The notes under the pieces are model-generated. The model ran no database searches, was not told where the DNA came from, and saw only the letters and a program-made list of their open reading frames with translations. From an uncultured Acidobacteriaceae bacterium (GTDB lineage Bacteria; Acidobacteriota; Terriglobia; Terriglobales; Acidobacteriaceae), in assembly GCA_963718445.1 (NCBI GenBank), contig CAVQZI010000001.1:1706522-1770521 (forward strand): a stretch of 64,000 nucleotides of DNA, in the 5' to 3' direction. Made by a program: the position numbers and the translations under genes. The number at the start of each line of letters is the position of its first letter. The stretch's first letter is position 1. This document shows, in pieces, positions 1 through 9,675 of this stretch.

Positions 1-2
1 AA

Positions 3-596
3 CTCGCGCCCGAGCAGAGGAAGCGGATCGTCCAGCTTCAGCCGCATTGGATTTACTTCGGCACGCTTTATAACAATTCAGCCCCGGCGCGTTTATCGAC
101 TCTGAAGCTGCTCGATGAGCTTCCGTCCGCCCAGAAAATCTATGACGTGAATCTGCGGGACGGGAATTGGAGCCTGAACGCGGTGGAGCAACTGGCATCA
201 AGAGCTGACGTGGTCAAATTGAGCGACAGCGAGGCTGAATTCCTTGATGCCACTGTCGGGGCGGATGGAGACGGAGCTTCTGTCCAGCGATTCTGCGAGC
301 GTTGGAGCGATCAATACCACTGCAAAACCATATGCGTGACCTTGGGCGAACGGGGCTGCGCTGTCTACGATAACGGTGCTTATACAGATGCGCGCGGCTG
401 CAAGGTGAAAGTCGCTGATACGGTCGGCGCCGGTGATGCATTCGCGGCAGCGCTTGTTCACGGCATTGGGCAGGGGTGGGCTGCTGAGCGCTATGCGACG
501 TTTGCCAATGCGGTAGCTGCTCTAGTCGCGAGCCGGTCTGGCGCCATTCCCCAGTGGAGTATCGAAGAGGTGTGGCCCCTGCTACGGCGTGGCTAG
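3..596 (+). CDS. PfkB-family sugar kinase (fructokinase-like), 5'-partial at window edge
   Basis: Frame is open from position 3. C-terminal DTVGAGDAFAAALVHG matches the PfkB/ribokinase ATP-site signature. Confidence 0.75.
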   Translation, partial: LAPEQRKRIVQLQPHWIYFGTLYNNSAPARLSTLKLLDELPSAQKIYDVNLRDGNWSLNAVEQLASRADVVKLSDSEAEFLDATVGADGDGASVQRFCERWSDQYHCKTICVTLGERGCAVYDNGAYTDARGCKVKVADTVGAGDAFAAALVHGIGQGWAAERYATFANAVAALVASRSGAIPQWSIEEVWPLLRRG

Positions 597-623
597 AGCA
601 GCGCTAACACTCCTTCACGAAAC

Positions 624-1328
624 TCACTGCTGAGGCTTCGAAGTAGCACCCTCTTTCACGCCTGTACCCGAGATCTTTTGGGCAGATCCGCCTGCCGCTT
701 GCCCCGGCTGAACGATCTTGATGTGAGTGATCTTTACAGGATTGAGCGGACGGTCATTGGCGCCGGTGGGCATACGAGCGATCTTTTTGACCAGGTCGAT
801 GTCTTGGCACTGGCCGAAGATGGTGTACCCACCATTGAGGGAAGGGTATGGGACTTCGGTGATGAAAAACTGCGATCCGTTCGTATCAGGCCCGGCATTA
901 GCGTACGCGAGTCGCCCTGGCTGATCGAAGCTCGGGCCGGAGCTGGTCTCGTTCTTGAATTTGTATCCCGGGTCACCCGTGCCCGTGCCGATGGGATCGC
1001 CGCCCTGGATCATGAAATTCGGAATCACGCGATGGAAGATGGTGCCGTCATAAAGTGGCACGCCCTTCATCGCCTTGCCGGTCTTTGGGTCCGTCCATTG
1101 TTTTGTGCCGGTCGCCAGTCCAATGAAATTTGCTGTTCCGATCGGCGCTTTGTCAGGGAACAGCGTGCAGTGAATGTTTCCCGCCGTGGTTTCAATCACG
1201 GCCGTCGGTTCGTTACTGGTTTGAGCTGCTTTCTCCGTGGCGGCATGTTGCTGCGAAGGGGTGCTGCCGCTTACCTGTGCTGTGACGAAGCCGGTGAGAC
1301 AGAAAATTGCGATGAGTAGTTTGTGCAT
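624..1328 (-). CDS. Secreted cyclophilin-type peptidyl-prolyl cis-trans isomerase
   Basis: FHRVIPNFMIQGGDP and GPDTNGSQFFIT motifs. Signal-like MHKLLIAIFCLTGFVTAQ at the internal Met (1328), preferred over the track start at 1385. Confidence 0.9.
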   Translation of the reverse strand: MHKLLIAIFCLTGFVTAQVSGSTPSQQHAATEKAAQTSNEPTAVIETTAGNIHCTLFPDKAPIGTANFIGLATGTKQWTDPKTGKAMKGVPLYDGTIFHRVIPNFMIQGGDPIGTGTGDPGYKFKNETSSGPSFDQPGRLAYANAGPDTNGSQFFITEVPYPSLNGGYTIFGQCQDIDLVKKIARMPTGANDRPLNPVKITHIKIVQPGQAAGGSAQKISGTGVKEGATSKPQQ

Positions 1329-1420
1329 CAAGCCTCCAAAAAGTGGATAGTGGGTAGTGGATAGACACGCGACCTGATTCGACATAGTCGATAGTGGCGC
1401 AATCCACTATCCACTATCCA

Positions 1421-2647
1421 CTACTTTCGCATCTGCTGCGATAGCTTCTCTACATCCCCAAAGACTCGCAGCAGGTTGCCGCCAAGAATCTTATCAAGAT
1501 CGGCCGCACTGTACCCTCGCTCGTAGAGGGCATGTGTGATCTTCGGCAGGTCGGCTGCGGAATCGAGACCCTCCGGCGAGCAGTCGATGCCGTCGAAGTC
1601 GGAGCCCAGCCCGACATGGTCCACGCCCGCAACCTTCGCCATGTGGTCGATGTGGTCAATCAGGTCGCTAAGCGGCGGCCTGGGAAGCTTGAGCGCCAGC
1701 CTCGCCCTGGCCGCGGCCAATTCCTTCGCAACTTCCGGCGTGGTCGGCTTGATGAACAGTTCCTGCTCTTTCTCAAAGTCGGGATCGTGCTGAGCCGCCA
1801 GTTGCTTCATGCCGTCGAAGTATTTCTGCGATACAAAGCCGCAGTAGAAGTTCACCTGTGCGACGCCGTTCTTGGCGGCCAACGCACGCAACATGTCATC
1901 GGTCATGTTGCGCGGAGCGCTGGTCAATGCGCGCGATGACGAATGAGATGCGATCACCGGAGCACGGCTCAACTCCAGAGCCTGGTAAAACGTGGAGTCC
2001 GCGACATGCGAGATGTCGACCATCATGCCGATCCGATTCATCTCCGTCACCACCTGCCGTCCGAACGGAGTGAGCCCTCCGTGGTGCTCCAGCTTGGGAT
2101 CGTTCATATCGCCGCTGGAATCTCCGATGTCGTTGGTGTTCGACCAGGTCAGGGTCATATAGCGGACACCCAAGCGATAGTAGTCGCGCAGAATGCGAAT
2201 ATCTCCTTCAATCGCGTGTCCGCCCTCGACGCCTAGCAGCGCAGCCAGTTTGTGCTCGCGATGTGCGGTACGAATGTTCTCTGTGCTGAACGCCATCATC
2301 ATCTGGTCAGGATGACGGCGTGCCTGCTCGTACACCGAGTCGATCATGTCGAGCGCGCGCCTGGCCTCGTGCCCCTTGAACGCCCAGGGATTTACCCAGA
2401 TCGAAAAGAACTCGGCGCCTAGGTTCCCGGCTTTTATCTTCTTCAAATCGAGATAGCCGGTACCGGCGTCCTGCGCCAGATCGAAGCTCTCGTCCACGAA
2501 CCGTCCAGGTGTATCGGCATGGGTGTCGACGATGATTGCCGAATCGTGGATCGCGCGCCACTCCTGGGTTTGATTTGTGGTCTGGGCGACGGCGGGTGTG
2601 GAGAAGAGCAACGCACAGACAAACAGCCGAGACGACGTTCGTATCAA
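1421..2647 (-). CDS. Membrane dipeptidase, peptidase family M19
   Basis: IIVDTHADTP, HVADS and SHSSSRAL motifs of renal-dipeptidase family. Probable TTG start at 2647 (GGAG 10 nt upstream) gives a signal peptide; the track ORF extends to 2743. Confidence 0.85.
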   Translation of the reverse strand: MIRTSSRLFVCALLFSTPAVAQTTNQTQEWRAIHDSAIIVDTHADTPGRFVDESFDLAQDAGTGYLDLKKIKAGNLGAEFFSIWVNPWAFKGHEARRALDMIDSVYEQARRHPDQMMMAFSTENIRTAHREHKLAALLGVEGGHAIEGDIRILRDYYRLGVRYMTLTWSNTNDIGDSSGDMNDPKLEHHGGLTPFGRQVVTEMNRIGMMVDISHVADSTFYQALELSRAPVIASHSSSRALTSAPRNMTDDMLRALAAKNGVAQVNFYCGFVSQKYFDGMKQLAAQHDPDFEKEQELFIKPTTPEVAKELAAARARLALKLPRPPLSDLIDHIDHMAKVAGVDHVGLGSDFDGIDCSPEGLDSAADLPKITHALYERGYSAADLDKILGGNLLRVFGDVEKLSQQMRK

Positions 2648-2795
2648 TTCAGTGAAACTCCGGAGCGAGAAGATTTCGTCGCGTTTGGGATTGTAAATGA
2701 ATGTGCGAGTTGAGGTTGCAGGGCGACAGCTAATAGCCCGCATTTCAGGGCGGGGGAGACCGAAATGTGAACCCCGAGTGCCATCGGCAGGACAG

Positions 2796-3548
2796 CTACG
2801 TCCGGAAGAAATCCTTGATCGCCTGCCACATTACCTGGCCGCCAACATCGGCAATCGACTTCGTGAGAGGAATGTCCTTGGGGCAGACCTCAACGCAGTT
2901 CTGCGCATAGCCGCACTCCTGGATGCCGCCGTCACCCATGAGCGCCTGTAGGCGTTCAATCTTCAGCGCCTTGCCCGTGGGATGGGAATTGAAGAGACGC
3001 ACCTGAGAGATAGTGGCCGCACCCACGAATCCGGTCTTCTCATTGAACTGCGGGCAAGCTTCCATGCAGCAGCAGCAAGACATGCAACGAGACAAGGGGT
3101 ACGCTTGCTCCTGATCGACCGGTGACTGCCGGAGCCCGGGACCGAGATCATACGTTCCATCCACCGGGACCCAGGCTTCCACCTTCTTCAGGTTTTCGAA
3201 CAGCACACTGCGGTCCACCGAGAGATCGCGGACCACAGGAAACTTGGAGAACGGTTCCAGCGAGATCGGCTGCTCGAGCTTGTCAATCAGCGAGGAGCAT
3301 GCCATTTTGGCCTTGCCGTTGATGATCATGGCGCACGAGCCGCACACCTCTTCCAGGCAATTGGAGTCGTAGGTGACCGGTGTGGTCGCTTTGCCCTCAC
3401 GCGTCACCGGATTCGCGGCGATGTCCATCAGCGCAGAGGTGACGTTCATTCCGGGCCGGTGTGCCAGGCTAAATTCTTCCCAGTGAGGCTTCGCTTCCGG
3501 AGTCTCTTGCCGCTTGATTCGTATGATTACAGTCTTCGAGTTTGGCAT
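2796..3548 (-). CDS. sdhB: Succinate dehydrogenase/fumarate reductase iron-sulfur subunit
   Basis: Cys clusters CGSCAM, CMSCCCCMEACP and CVEVCP. Lies immediately downstream of sdhA. Confidence 0.95.
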   Translation of the reverse strand: MPNSKTVIIRIKRQETPEAKPHWEEFSLAHRPGMNVTSALMDIAANPVTREGKATTPVTYDSNCLEEVCGSCAMIINGKAKMACSSLIDKLEQPISLEPFSKFPVVRDLSVDRSVLFENLKKVEAWVPVDGTYDLGPGLRQSPVDQEQAYPLSRCMSCCCCMEACPQFNEKTGFVGAATISQVRLFNSHPTGKALKIERLQALMGDGGIQECGYAQNCVEVCPKDIPLTKSIADVGGQVMWQAIKDFFRT

Positions 3549-3634
3549 CGGTATAATTCGCTCTTCGCTTTTCGCGAAGTGCTCTTAGCAGTTTCTCCAT
3601 CTATCCACGATCCACTGATCGCTATCCAGTGGTC

Positions 3635-5422
3635 CTACGTCGCTACGTCATAGCGCCGCGGCCGTGGCTTGATCAGCGACGTGTCCACCGGCTCGAATTC
3701 AAAGCGCGGCTCGTCGGCATCGGCCGCGAAGTACGCTTTGGTCGTCTTCAGCCAGTTCACGTCATCACGCTCGGGAAAGTCCGGCTTGTAATGTGCGCCG
3801 CGCGACTCGTCGCGCATTGCCGCACCCTGCGCGATCACGCGCGCTAGTTGCAGCATGTTGTAGAGCTGCCGCGCGAAGACGAACGAAGTGTTTGCCCACA
3901 TGGAGCGGTCACTCAGGTTCACGTGCCTGTAACGCTCCAGCAACTCGACCAGCTTCGCGTCCGTTTCGCGGATGTTTTTGTTGTAACGAATTACCGTGAC
4001 GTTCTTGGTCATGATCTCCCCAAGTTCTCGCCACAGAAGGAACGGGTTCTCCGTCCCATCGTTCTTCATCAGTCGCGCATTGATCTCTTCCTGCCGCTTG
4101 CGTTCGGAGTCAAAAAGATGTCCGGCAGGATTCTTGCCGCTCTTGATTACGTTGTGCGCATACTTCACCGCGTTCGGCCCGGCAATAAAGCCACCATAGA
4201 TACACGACACCAGCGAGTTTGCGCCCAGGCGGTTCGCGCCATGGATCGAATAGTCGCACTCGCCGCAGGCGTACAGTCCCTCGATATTCGTCTTCTGATC
4301 GAAATCGACCCACATGCCACCCATCGTGTAGTGCATGCCCGGGAAGATTTTCATCGGCGTGTCGCGCGGATCGTCGCCGACAAACTTTTCGTAGATTTCC
4401 AGGATGCCTTCCAGCTTGCGGTCGAGAATCTTGCGATCGATGTGTGTCAGGTCGAGATAGACCATTGGCTGGCCGTCAATACCGAGGTGGTGCTCGTAAA
4501 CGACCTTGTGGATCGCGCGAGTAGCGATGTCGCGCGGCACCAGGTTGCCATACTTGGGATACCATTCTTCCAGGAAGTACCAGCGCTCGCTCTCAGGAAT
4601 GCTCTTCGGATCCCGCTTGTCGCCCGCCTGCTTTGGCACCCAGACGCGTCCGCCTTCGCCGCGCGCCGATTCCGACATCAGCCGAAGCTTGTCCTCGCCG
4701 GGAATGCACGTGGGATGTACCTGAATGAACTCGCCATTGGCGTAAAACGCTCCCTGCTGATAGAGAGCCGACTGCGCGGATCCGGTGCAGACCACCGAAT
4801 TGGTTGACTTGCCGAAGATCGCGCCGATGCCGCCCGTGGCCATAATCACGGCTTCAGCGGGAAACGTCTGCACCTGCATGCTGCGCAGATCCATCGCGCA
4901 GATCCCGTGGCAGGAGCGATGATCGTCGAAGACGCCGGAGAGAAACTCCCAACTCTCGTACTTTGTGACCTTGCCTTCCGACTCGTAGCGGCGCACCTGT
5001 TCATCGAGCGCGTAAAGAAGCTGCTGGCCTGTCGTCGCGCCGGCAAATGCAGTGCGGTTATAAAGCGTGCCGCCGAAACGGCGGAAATCAAGCAGTCCTT
5101 CGGGCGTCCGGTTGAACGGAACGCCCATGCGGTCGAGCAGATCGATGATGGCCGGCGCCATCTCGCACATTACCTTCACCGGCGGCTGATTGCCCAGGAA
5201 GTCGCCACCGTAAACGGTGTCGTCAAAATGAATCCACGGGGAGTCGCCTTCGCCCTTCAGGTTCTTCGCGGCGTTGATGCCGCCCTGCGCACATACCGAG
5301 TGGGACCGCTTTACCGGAACGATGGAAAAGAGGTCGACGTGACCTCCCATCTCGGCGATTTTGATGGTGGCTGCCAGTCCCGCCAGTCCGCCACCCACAA
5401 CGATGATCTTAGGATGAGCCAT
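3635..5422 (-). CDS. sdhA: Succinate dehydrogenase flavoprotein subunit
   Basis: N-terminal IVVGGGLAGLAA FAD fold, HSVCAQGGINA, HPTCIP and RGAHYKPDFPERDD motifs. Confidence 0.97.
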   Translation of the reverse strand: MAHPKIIVVGGGLAGLAATIKIAEMGGHVDLFSIVPVKRSHSVCAQGGINAAKNLKGEGDSPWIHFDDTVYGGDFLGNQPPVKVMCEMAPAIIDLLDRMGVPFNRTPEGLLDFRRFGGTLYNRTAFAGATTGQQLLYALDEQVRRYESEGKVTKYESWEFLSGVFDDHRSCHGICAMDLRSMQVQTFPAEAVIMATGGIGAIFGKSTNSVVCTGSAQSALYQQGAFYANGEFIQVHPTCIPGEDKLRLMSESARGEGGRVWVPKQAGDKRDPKSIPESERWYFLEEWYPKYGNLVPRDIATRAIHKVVYEHHLGIDGQPMVYLDLTHIDRKILDRKLEGILEIYEKFVGDDPRDTPMKIFPGMHYTMGGMWVDFDQKTNIEGLYACGECDYSIHGANRLGANSLVSCIYGGFIAGPNAVKYAHNVIKSGKNPAGHLFDSERKRQEEINARLMKNDGTENPFLLWRELGEIMTKNVTVIRYNKNIRETDAKLVELLERYRHVNLSDRSMWANTSFVFARQLYNMLQLARVIAQGAAMRDESRGAHYKPDFPERDDVNWLKTTKAYFAADADEPRFEFEPVDTSLIKPRPRRYDVAT

Positions 5423-5473
5423 AGTAAGTCTTAACTAGTTCGATCAATTCAATGTTCCAAACGAATCAGGCGA

Positions 5474-6202
5474 TCAGTCGTGCTGAATGTACGGCACCTG
5501 TTGCGCCGGCATCCGCAAGAATCCGCCTACGCTCCATAGGCCAATGCCTACCAGGAGGATCGCCAGGGCGAAGCACACATAGCCAAATTTGCGGCGCGCG
5601 TTGTCGCCCACCGTGAAGCCCCACTTCGCGGCAAACAGCCAGAGGCCGTAGGCGAAGTGCCACGATGCCGCGACGATGCCGATTACGTAGAACGCGACCT
5701 GCCAGGGATTCTGAAAGGCATACCACACCTTGGAGAATGCGTAGTTGTAGCCGCCGCCCATCAGGTGCACGCCGTTGAAGCGCATGTCCCAAACGTGATA
5801 GCCGATGTAGATGAAGGCGATGATCCCGGTCCAGCGCTGCGCCGTATACAGCCAATTGCCGGTCCACGGATACTCTTTGACGTTCGAGTCGCCCTGGTGC
5901 CAGATGTAAATGCCGTATAAGCCGTGGTACAGGAGCGGAATAAAAATGAATACCCATTCCAGCACATGTACGAAGGGCAGGCTGGTGAGGAACTTCACCT
6001 GATCGTTGTAGGCTTGGACGCCGTTGGCGGACTCGGCATTGGAGATGAAGTGTTCGATCAGGAACGCCCCGATGGGTACGATGCCGGAGAGCGAGTGCAG
6101 GCGGCGCAAAACGAAGGAGTAGCCCTGTCCTGCCCGCAGGGGAGCTACTCCTTTTTCAACTCGGGTGGCACTGGTTTCGACAGAACTGGCTGATGAAGCC
6201 AC
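5474..6202 (-). CDS. sdhC: Succinate dehydrogenase cytochrome b (b558-type) membrane subunit
   Basis: Multi-TM protein directly upstream of sdhA. Probable GTG start at 6202 preceded by AGGAG; the track ORF extends to 6250. Confidence 0.8.
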   Translation of the reverse strand: MASSASSVETSATRVEKGVAPLRAGQGYSFVLRRLHSLSGIVPIGAFLIEHFISNAESANGVQAYNDQVKFLTSLPFVHVLEWVFIFIPLLYHGLYGIYIWHQGDSNVKEYPWTGNWLYTAQRWTGIIAFIYIGYHVWDMRFNGVHLMGGGYNYAFSKVWYAFQNPWQVAFYVIGIVAASWHFAYGLWLFAAKWGFTVGDNARRKFGYVCFALAILLVGIGLWSVGGFLRMPAQQVPYIQHD

Positions 6203-6503
6203 GAAAGCCAACTCCTTATGAGCGCGGATGAATATAGGTAAACATTTCATTATCGAATTCGCCGATATCGCAGGTCAAGGAAACGGGCCTGCAGAATGTG
6301 TGCGGCGAAGCATTCAGCCCAACTCACGTGCAACCGCTGCAAAGCGGCGAGCCCTGGGCGACTCTGGGGGGCGGAACGAGATTCAGAATAGCTTTTGCGT
6401 GGGCGAACTGTTTGTGATTTTCGTCACAGTGTCTCATGACGATATGACGCCCGTGGCTAAGGCATCTGAGGGCGGTTTCGACAGGGAATCGCTTATAGTG
6501 AGT

Positions 6504-7556
6504 TCGTCCATGCGGATTCGCGAAAACGTGCCTTTAGCCCCCCTGACCACGCTTGGCGTAGGCGGCCGCGCGCGATATTTTGTCGATGCCGGGACAGAAG
6601 CCGAAGTCTTGGAAGCGGTCGAACTCGCGCGCTCGCGCGATCTGCCGCTATTCGTCCTCGGCGGAGGCAGCAATATCGTTGTAGCGGATGCAGGTTTCTC
6701 AGGTTTGGTGCTGAAGGTTGGCATCACGGATTCCTCGCACTTCTCCGTAGAAAATAAGACGATATTCCAGGCTGGTGCAGGGTACGAATGGGACGGACTG
6801 GTGGAACAGACAGTTCAGGCAGAGTGCGCCGGGTTGGAGTGCCTCAGCGGAATTCCCGGCACAGTGGGCGGAACCCCGGTTCAAAACGTGGGAGCCTACG
6901 GGCAGGAGGTATCACAAACCATCGAAGAGGTCCGCGCTCTTGATTTGCGGTCACTCGAGATCAAGACGCTGACGAATGCTGAGTGCGGATTTGGCTATCG
7001 CTCCAGCATCTTCAACACCAGCGAGCGCGGACGCTACATCGTCCTGGAGGTTTCGTTTGCTGTGCGTCCGGAGGGCACGCCGACTCTGCACTATCCCGAT
7101 CTGCAGAAGTTCTTTGCCGGACGCATGGAAGAACCAAAGCTCAGCGACGTGCGAGCGGCGGTCCGCGAAATCCGTCATCGCAAGGCAATGCTGATCGTCC
7201 CCGGCGAGGACGACGCGCACAGCGTCGGATCGTTCTTTAGAAATCCGATCGTGCCGAGTGCGTTTGCTGACGAGTTGTGGGCGCGATTAAGCGCTCGCGG
7301 CTTCGAGTTGCCGATTTATCCCGCAGCCAACGGCTTTCGGAAACTCGCCGCGGCCTGGCTGGTGGAACACGCCGGATTCGCTAAGGGCTACACCCGGGGG
7401 AGGGCCGGTATCTCGCGCAAGCACGCCTTAGCGATCGTGAATCGCGGAGGCGCCAGCGCGGCGGAGATCGTTGCGTTGAAAGACGAGATCCAGTCACGCG
7501 TTTTCGGCGAGTTCGGGATCCAACTTGAGCCGGAGCCGGTGTTCGTGGGATTTTGA
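6504..7556 (+). CDS. murB: UDP-N-acetylenolpyruvoylglucosamine reductase
   Basis: MRIRENVPLAPLTTLGVGG ... VLGGGSNIVV and a GSFFRNP C-terminal region. Alternative start at 6444; the track start at 6228 overlaps the sdhC upstream region and is unlikely. Confidence 0.9.
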   Translation, partial: SSMRIRENVPLAPLTTLGVGGRARYFVDAGTEAEVLEAVELARSRDLPLFVLGGGSNIVVADAGFSGLVLKVGITDSSHFSVENKTIFQAGAGYEWDGLVEQTVQAECAGLECLSGIPGTVGGTPVQNVGAYGQEVSQTIEEVRALDLRSLEIKTLTNAECGFGYRSSIFNTSERGRYIVLEVSFAVRPEGTPTLHYPDLQKFFAGRMEEPKLSDVRAAVREIRHRKAMLIVPGEDDAHSVGSFFRNPIVPSAFADELWARLSARGFELPIYPAANGFRKLAAAWLVEHAGFAKGYTRGRAGISRKHALAIVNRGGASAAEIVALKDEIQSRVFGEFGIQLEPEPVFVGF

Positions 7557-7598
7557 AAGACCGCCGTTCGCTAGTCGCTCTTCGCTTTTCGCTAACTG

Positions 7599-8945
7599 CT
7601 AGTTGCTAATTGCTGCCTTTTTTTGCCACTCGGTCGCCTGCTCGTAAGCATTCGCGAGACGCAAGCACATCGAATCCCCGCCCGGCCGGCTGGAGATCTG
7701 CATTCCAACCGGCAGCCCGCCGCTCGTGAATCCGCAAGGCACCGAAATGGTCGGCCAGAACAGCACGCTAAAGGGTGCCGTGTTGCGCAAAAGATACTTC
7801 ACTTCGAATGGCCGCACATCTGGGACGGCCAGCTCCTCTACACCCGCTAGTTTCGGCGCAGGTACCGGGACCGTGGGCGTGATGATCAAATCCATTTCCT
7901 CGAAGATGCGTGCAGCGTTCGTGCGAAACGCCACCAACCGGCGCTGCTCGCGAATGTAGTTCGTCGCGCTGATTCCGGCACAGTTCTTCAGCCGGAACAG
8001 CGTGCGCGGATCGTATAGCTCGGGAGTATTGGCGATCATGGCCTCATGGAATTCATAGATTTCCGCATCGAACATGGTCCGGAATCCTTCGGCTGGCACA
8101 TCGACCTCGTGCACCTGGGAAACCATCCTGGTCAGCGTTTTCAACGCCCCCTCCAGGCAGGTGCTCACCTCGGGGTCGAGGTCGTCGAAGAACTTCTTCC
8201 GGGCAATCCCAATCTTTAATGGCAAGACGGGGTCCTCAAGCGATTGCACGAACCCGGAACCGCCGCTAAACACATCCATCAAGATCGCGGTATCGCGAAC
8301 CGTGCGCGTCATCGGCCCCACCGTATCAAACGATGTGGACAGCGGAACGATGCCTTCGCAACTCAGTAGGCCGGCACTGGGCCGATGCCCCACAAGTCCG
8401 CACAACGCGGAGGGACATCGGATTGACCCGGAGGTGTCAGACCCCATCGCTACCACACACAGACCCGCCGCCACCGCCGCCCCCGAGCCCGATGAAGATC
8501 CGCCCGTGATTCTTTTCACGTTCCAGGGATTCCTCGTCGGCCCGAATGCGCTCACCACACCGCTCATCCCGAAGGCGAACTCGTGCATATTCAACTTCCC
8601 CAGAATGACAGCACCCGCGTCTTTTAATCGACGGACAATTTCTGCATCTCGCGACGGCACACGGTTCCGATACTGATTGCTGGCCGCCGTCGTTCGCACC
8701 CCGGCCGTATCGAAGAGGTCTTTCAACCCTATGGGAACGCCGTGCAGTGGCCCGCGACATCTTCCCGCGTTTATCTCGGCCTCTGCACGCCTCGCCTGCT
8801 CGAGAGCAAGATCGGCCGTAACAGTAATGAAAGCATTGACCACCGGATTGAGACGCTCGATTCCAGCCAGGCACGCGCGCGTGAGTTCAACCGGAGAAAG
8901 GCGGCGAGTGCGAATCTGTTCCGCCGCTTCCGTAAGTGTCAGCAT
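7599..8945 (-). CDS. Amidase-signature family amidohydrolase (GatA-like)
   Basis: GGSSSGSGAAVAAG amidase signature and a KDLFD motif. Confidence 0.85.
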   Translation of the reverse strand: MLTLTEAAEQIRTRRLSPVELTRACLAGIERLNPVVNAFITVTADLALEQARRAEAEINAGRCRGPLHGVPIGLKDLFDTAGVRTTAASNQYRNRVPSRDAEIVRRLKDAGAVILGKLNMHEFAFGMSGVVSAFGPTRNPWNVKRITGGSSSGSGAAVAAGLCVVAMGSDTSGSIRCPSALCGLVGHRPSAGLLSCEGIVPLSTSFDTVGPMTRTVRDTAILMDVFSGGSGFVQSLEDPVLPLKIGIARKKFFDDLDPEVSTCLEGALKTLTRMVSQVHEVDVPAEGFRTMFDAEIYEFHEAMIANTPELYDPRTLFRLKNCAGISATNYIREQRRLVAFRTNAARIFEEMDLIITPTVPVPAPKLAGVEELAVPDVRPFEVKYLLRNTAPFSVLFWPTISVPCGFTSGGLPVGMQISSRPGGDSMCLRLANAYEQATEWQKKAAISN

Positions 8946-8963
8946 GGGTAATCAAGTACGGTG

Positions 8964-9455
8964 TTATGGGCGCTTCTGCTTTTTCCTGCACTCCTCGCAG
9001 ACGCCGTAAATCTGGAAGGTGTGGCGTGTGGGCACGTATTTGTTCTTGCGACCAATCTCCTGCTCGATGCGTTCAATGTCGGGGGAGAAAAATTCCACCG
9101 AGCTGCCGCATTCGGTGCAAACCATGTGGTGATGGTTGCGCCTCTGGTATTGGTGTTCGAAACGTGCCACCCCGTCATTGAAGGCCACTTCGCTCGCCAA
9201 GCCGCATTCGGAGAACAGCTTCAGAGTGCGATAGACCGTGGTAAAGCCGATTCCCGGCTCTTTCTTCTTGACCAGGCGGTACAGTTCATCCGTCGAGAGA
9301 TGGTCGCGGGTATCCAGAAACGTTCGCAGAATCGTGTCGCGCTGGCTCGTGCGCTTCAGACCAACATGCTTGAGGTGGTTGTGGAATACCGCCTCAGCTT
9401 CGCGCAGCATCTGACGCGAGATTGTCGGCTGATCGTCGATACGTTTCTGGAGCAT
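8964..9455 (-). CDS. fur: Fur-family metal-responsive transcriptional regulator
   Basis: HHHHMVCTECG and CEEC metal sites. Winged-helix N-terminus with STDELY. Confidence 0.9.
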   Translation of the reverse strand: MLQKRIDDQPTISRQMLREAEAVFHNHLKHVGLKRTSQRDTILRTFLDTRDHLSTDELYRLVKKKEPGIGFTTVYRTLKLFSECGLASEVAFNDGVARFEHQYQRRNHHHMVCTECGSSVEFFSPDIERIEQEIGRKNKYVPTRHTFQIYGVCEECRKKQKRP

Positions 9456-9590
9456 AGACCTTGCTCCGCTGAGAGACGTGCGCGTTGCAAGTTAGTCGCT
9501 ACAGAATAACACCGGCCCCCAAAGTCACCATCTGGAAAGCCGCTGTGATTTCCACCGCCTTTAACAGGTTCGCCGCCGTTTCCCACAGTT

Positions 9591-9619
9591 TTGAATCCAG
9601 GTACCTTGTTTTATATTCT
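9591..9619 (+). promoter_or_regulatory. Candidate sigma70-type promoter for dnaG (TTGAAT, 17 nt spacer, TATTCT)
   Basis: Hexamers read directly from the sequence, about 57 nt upstream of the dnaG ATG. Confidence 0.35.
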
Positions 9620-9675
9620 TCCGCCCACTCGCCATCCGATACGATGACAGGATTCTCTCTCTCCGTCGGAGCATC

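Noticed and set aside
3848-4807. 319-aa ORF on the plus strand
   Set aside because: Antisense shadow of sdhA, with no motif.
6228-6443. Upstream extension of the murB ORF
   Set aside because: No MurB similarity. It overlaps the divergent sdhC start region, and conserved MurB sequence starts near 6504.
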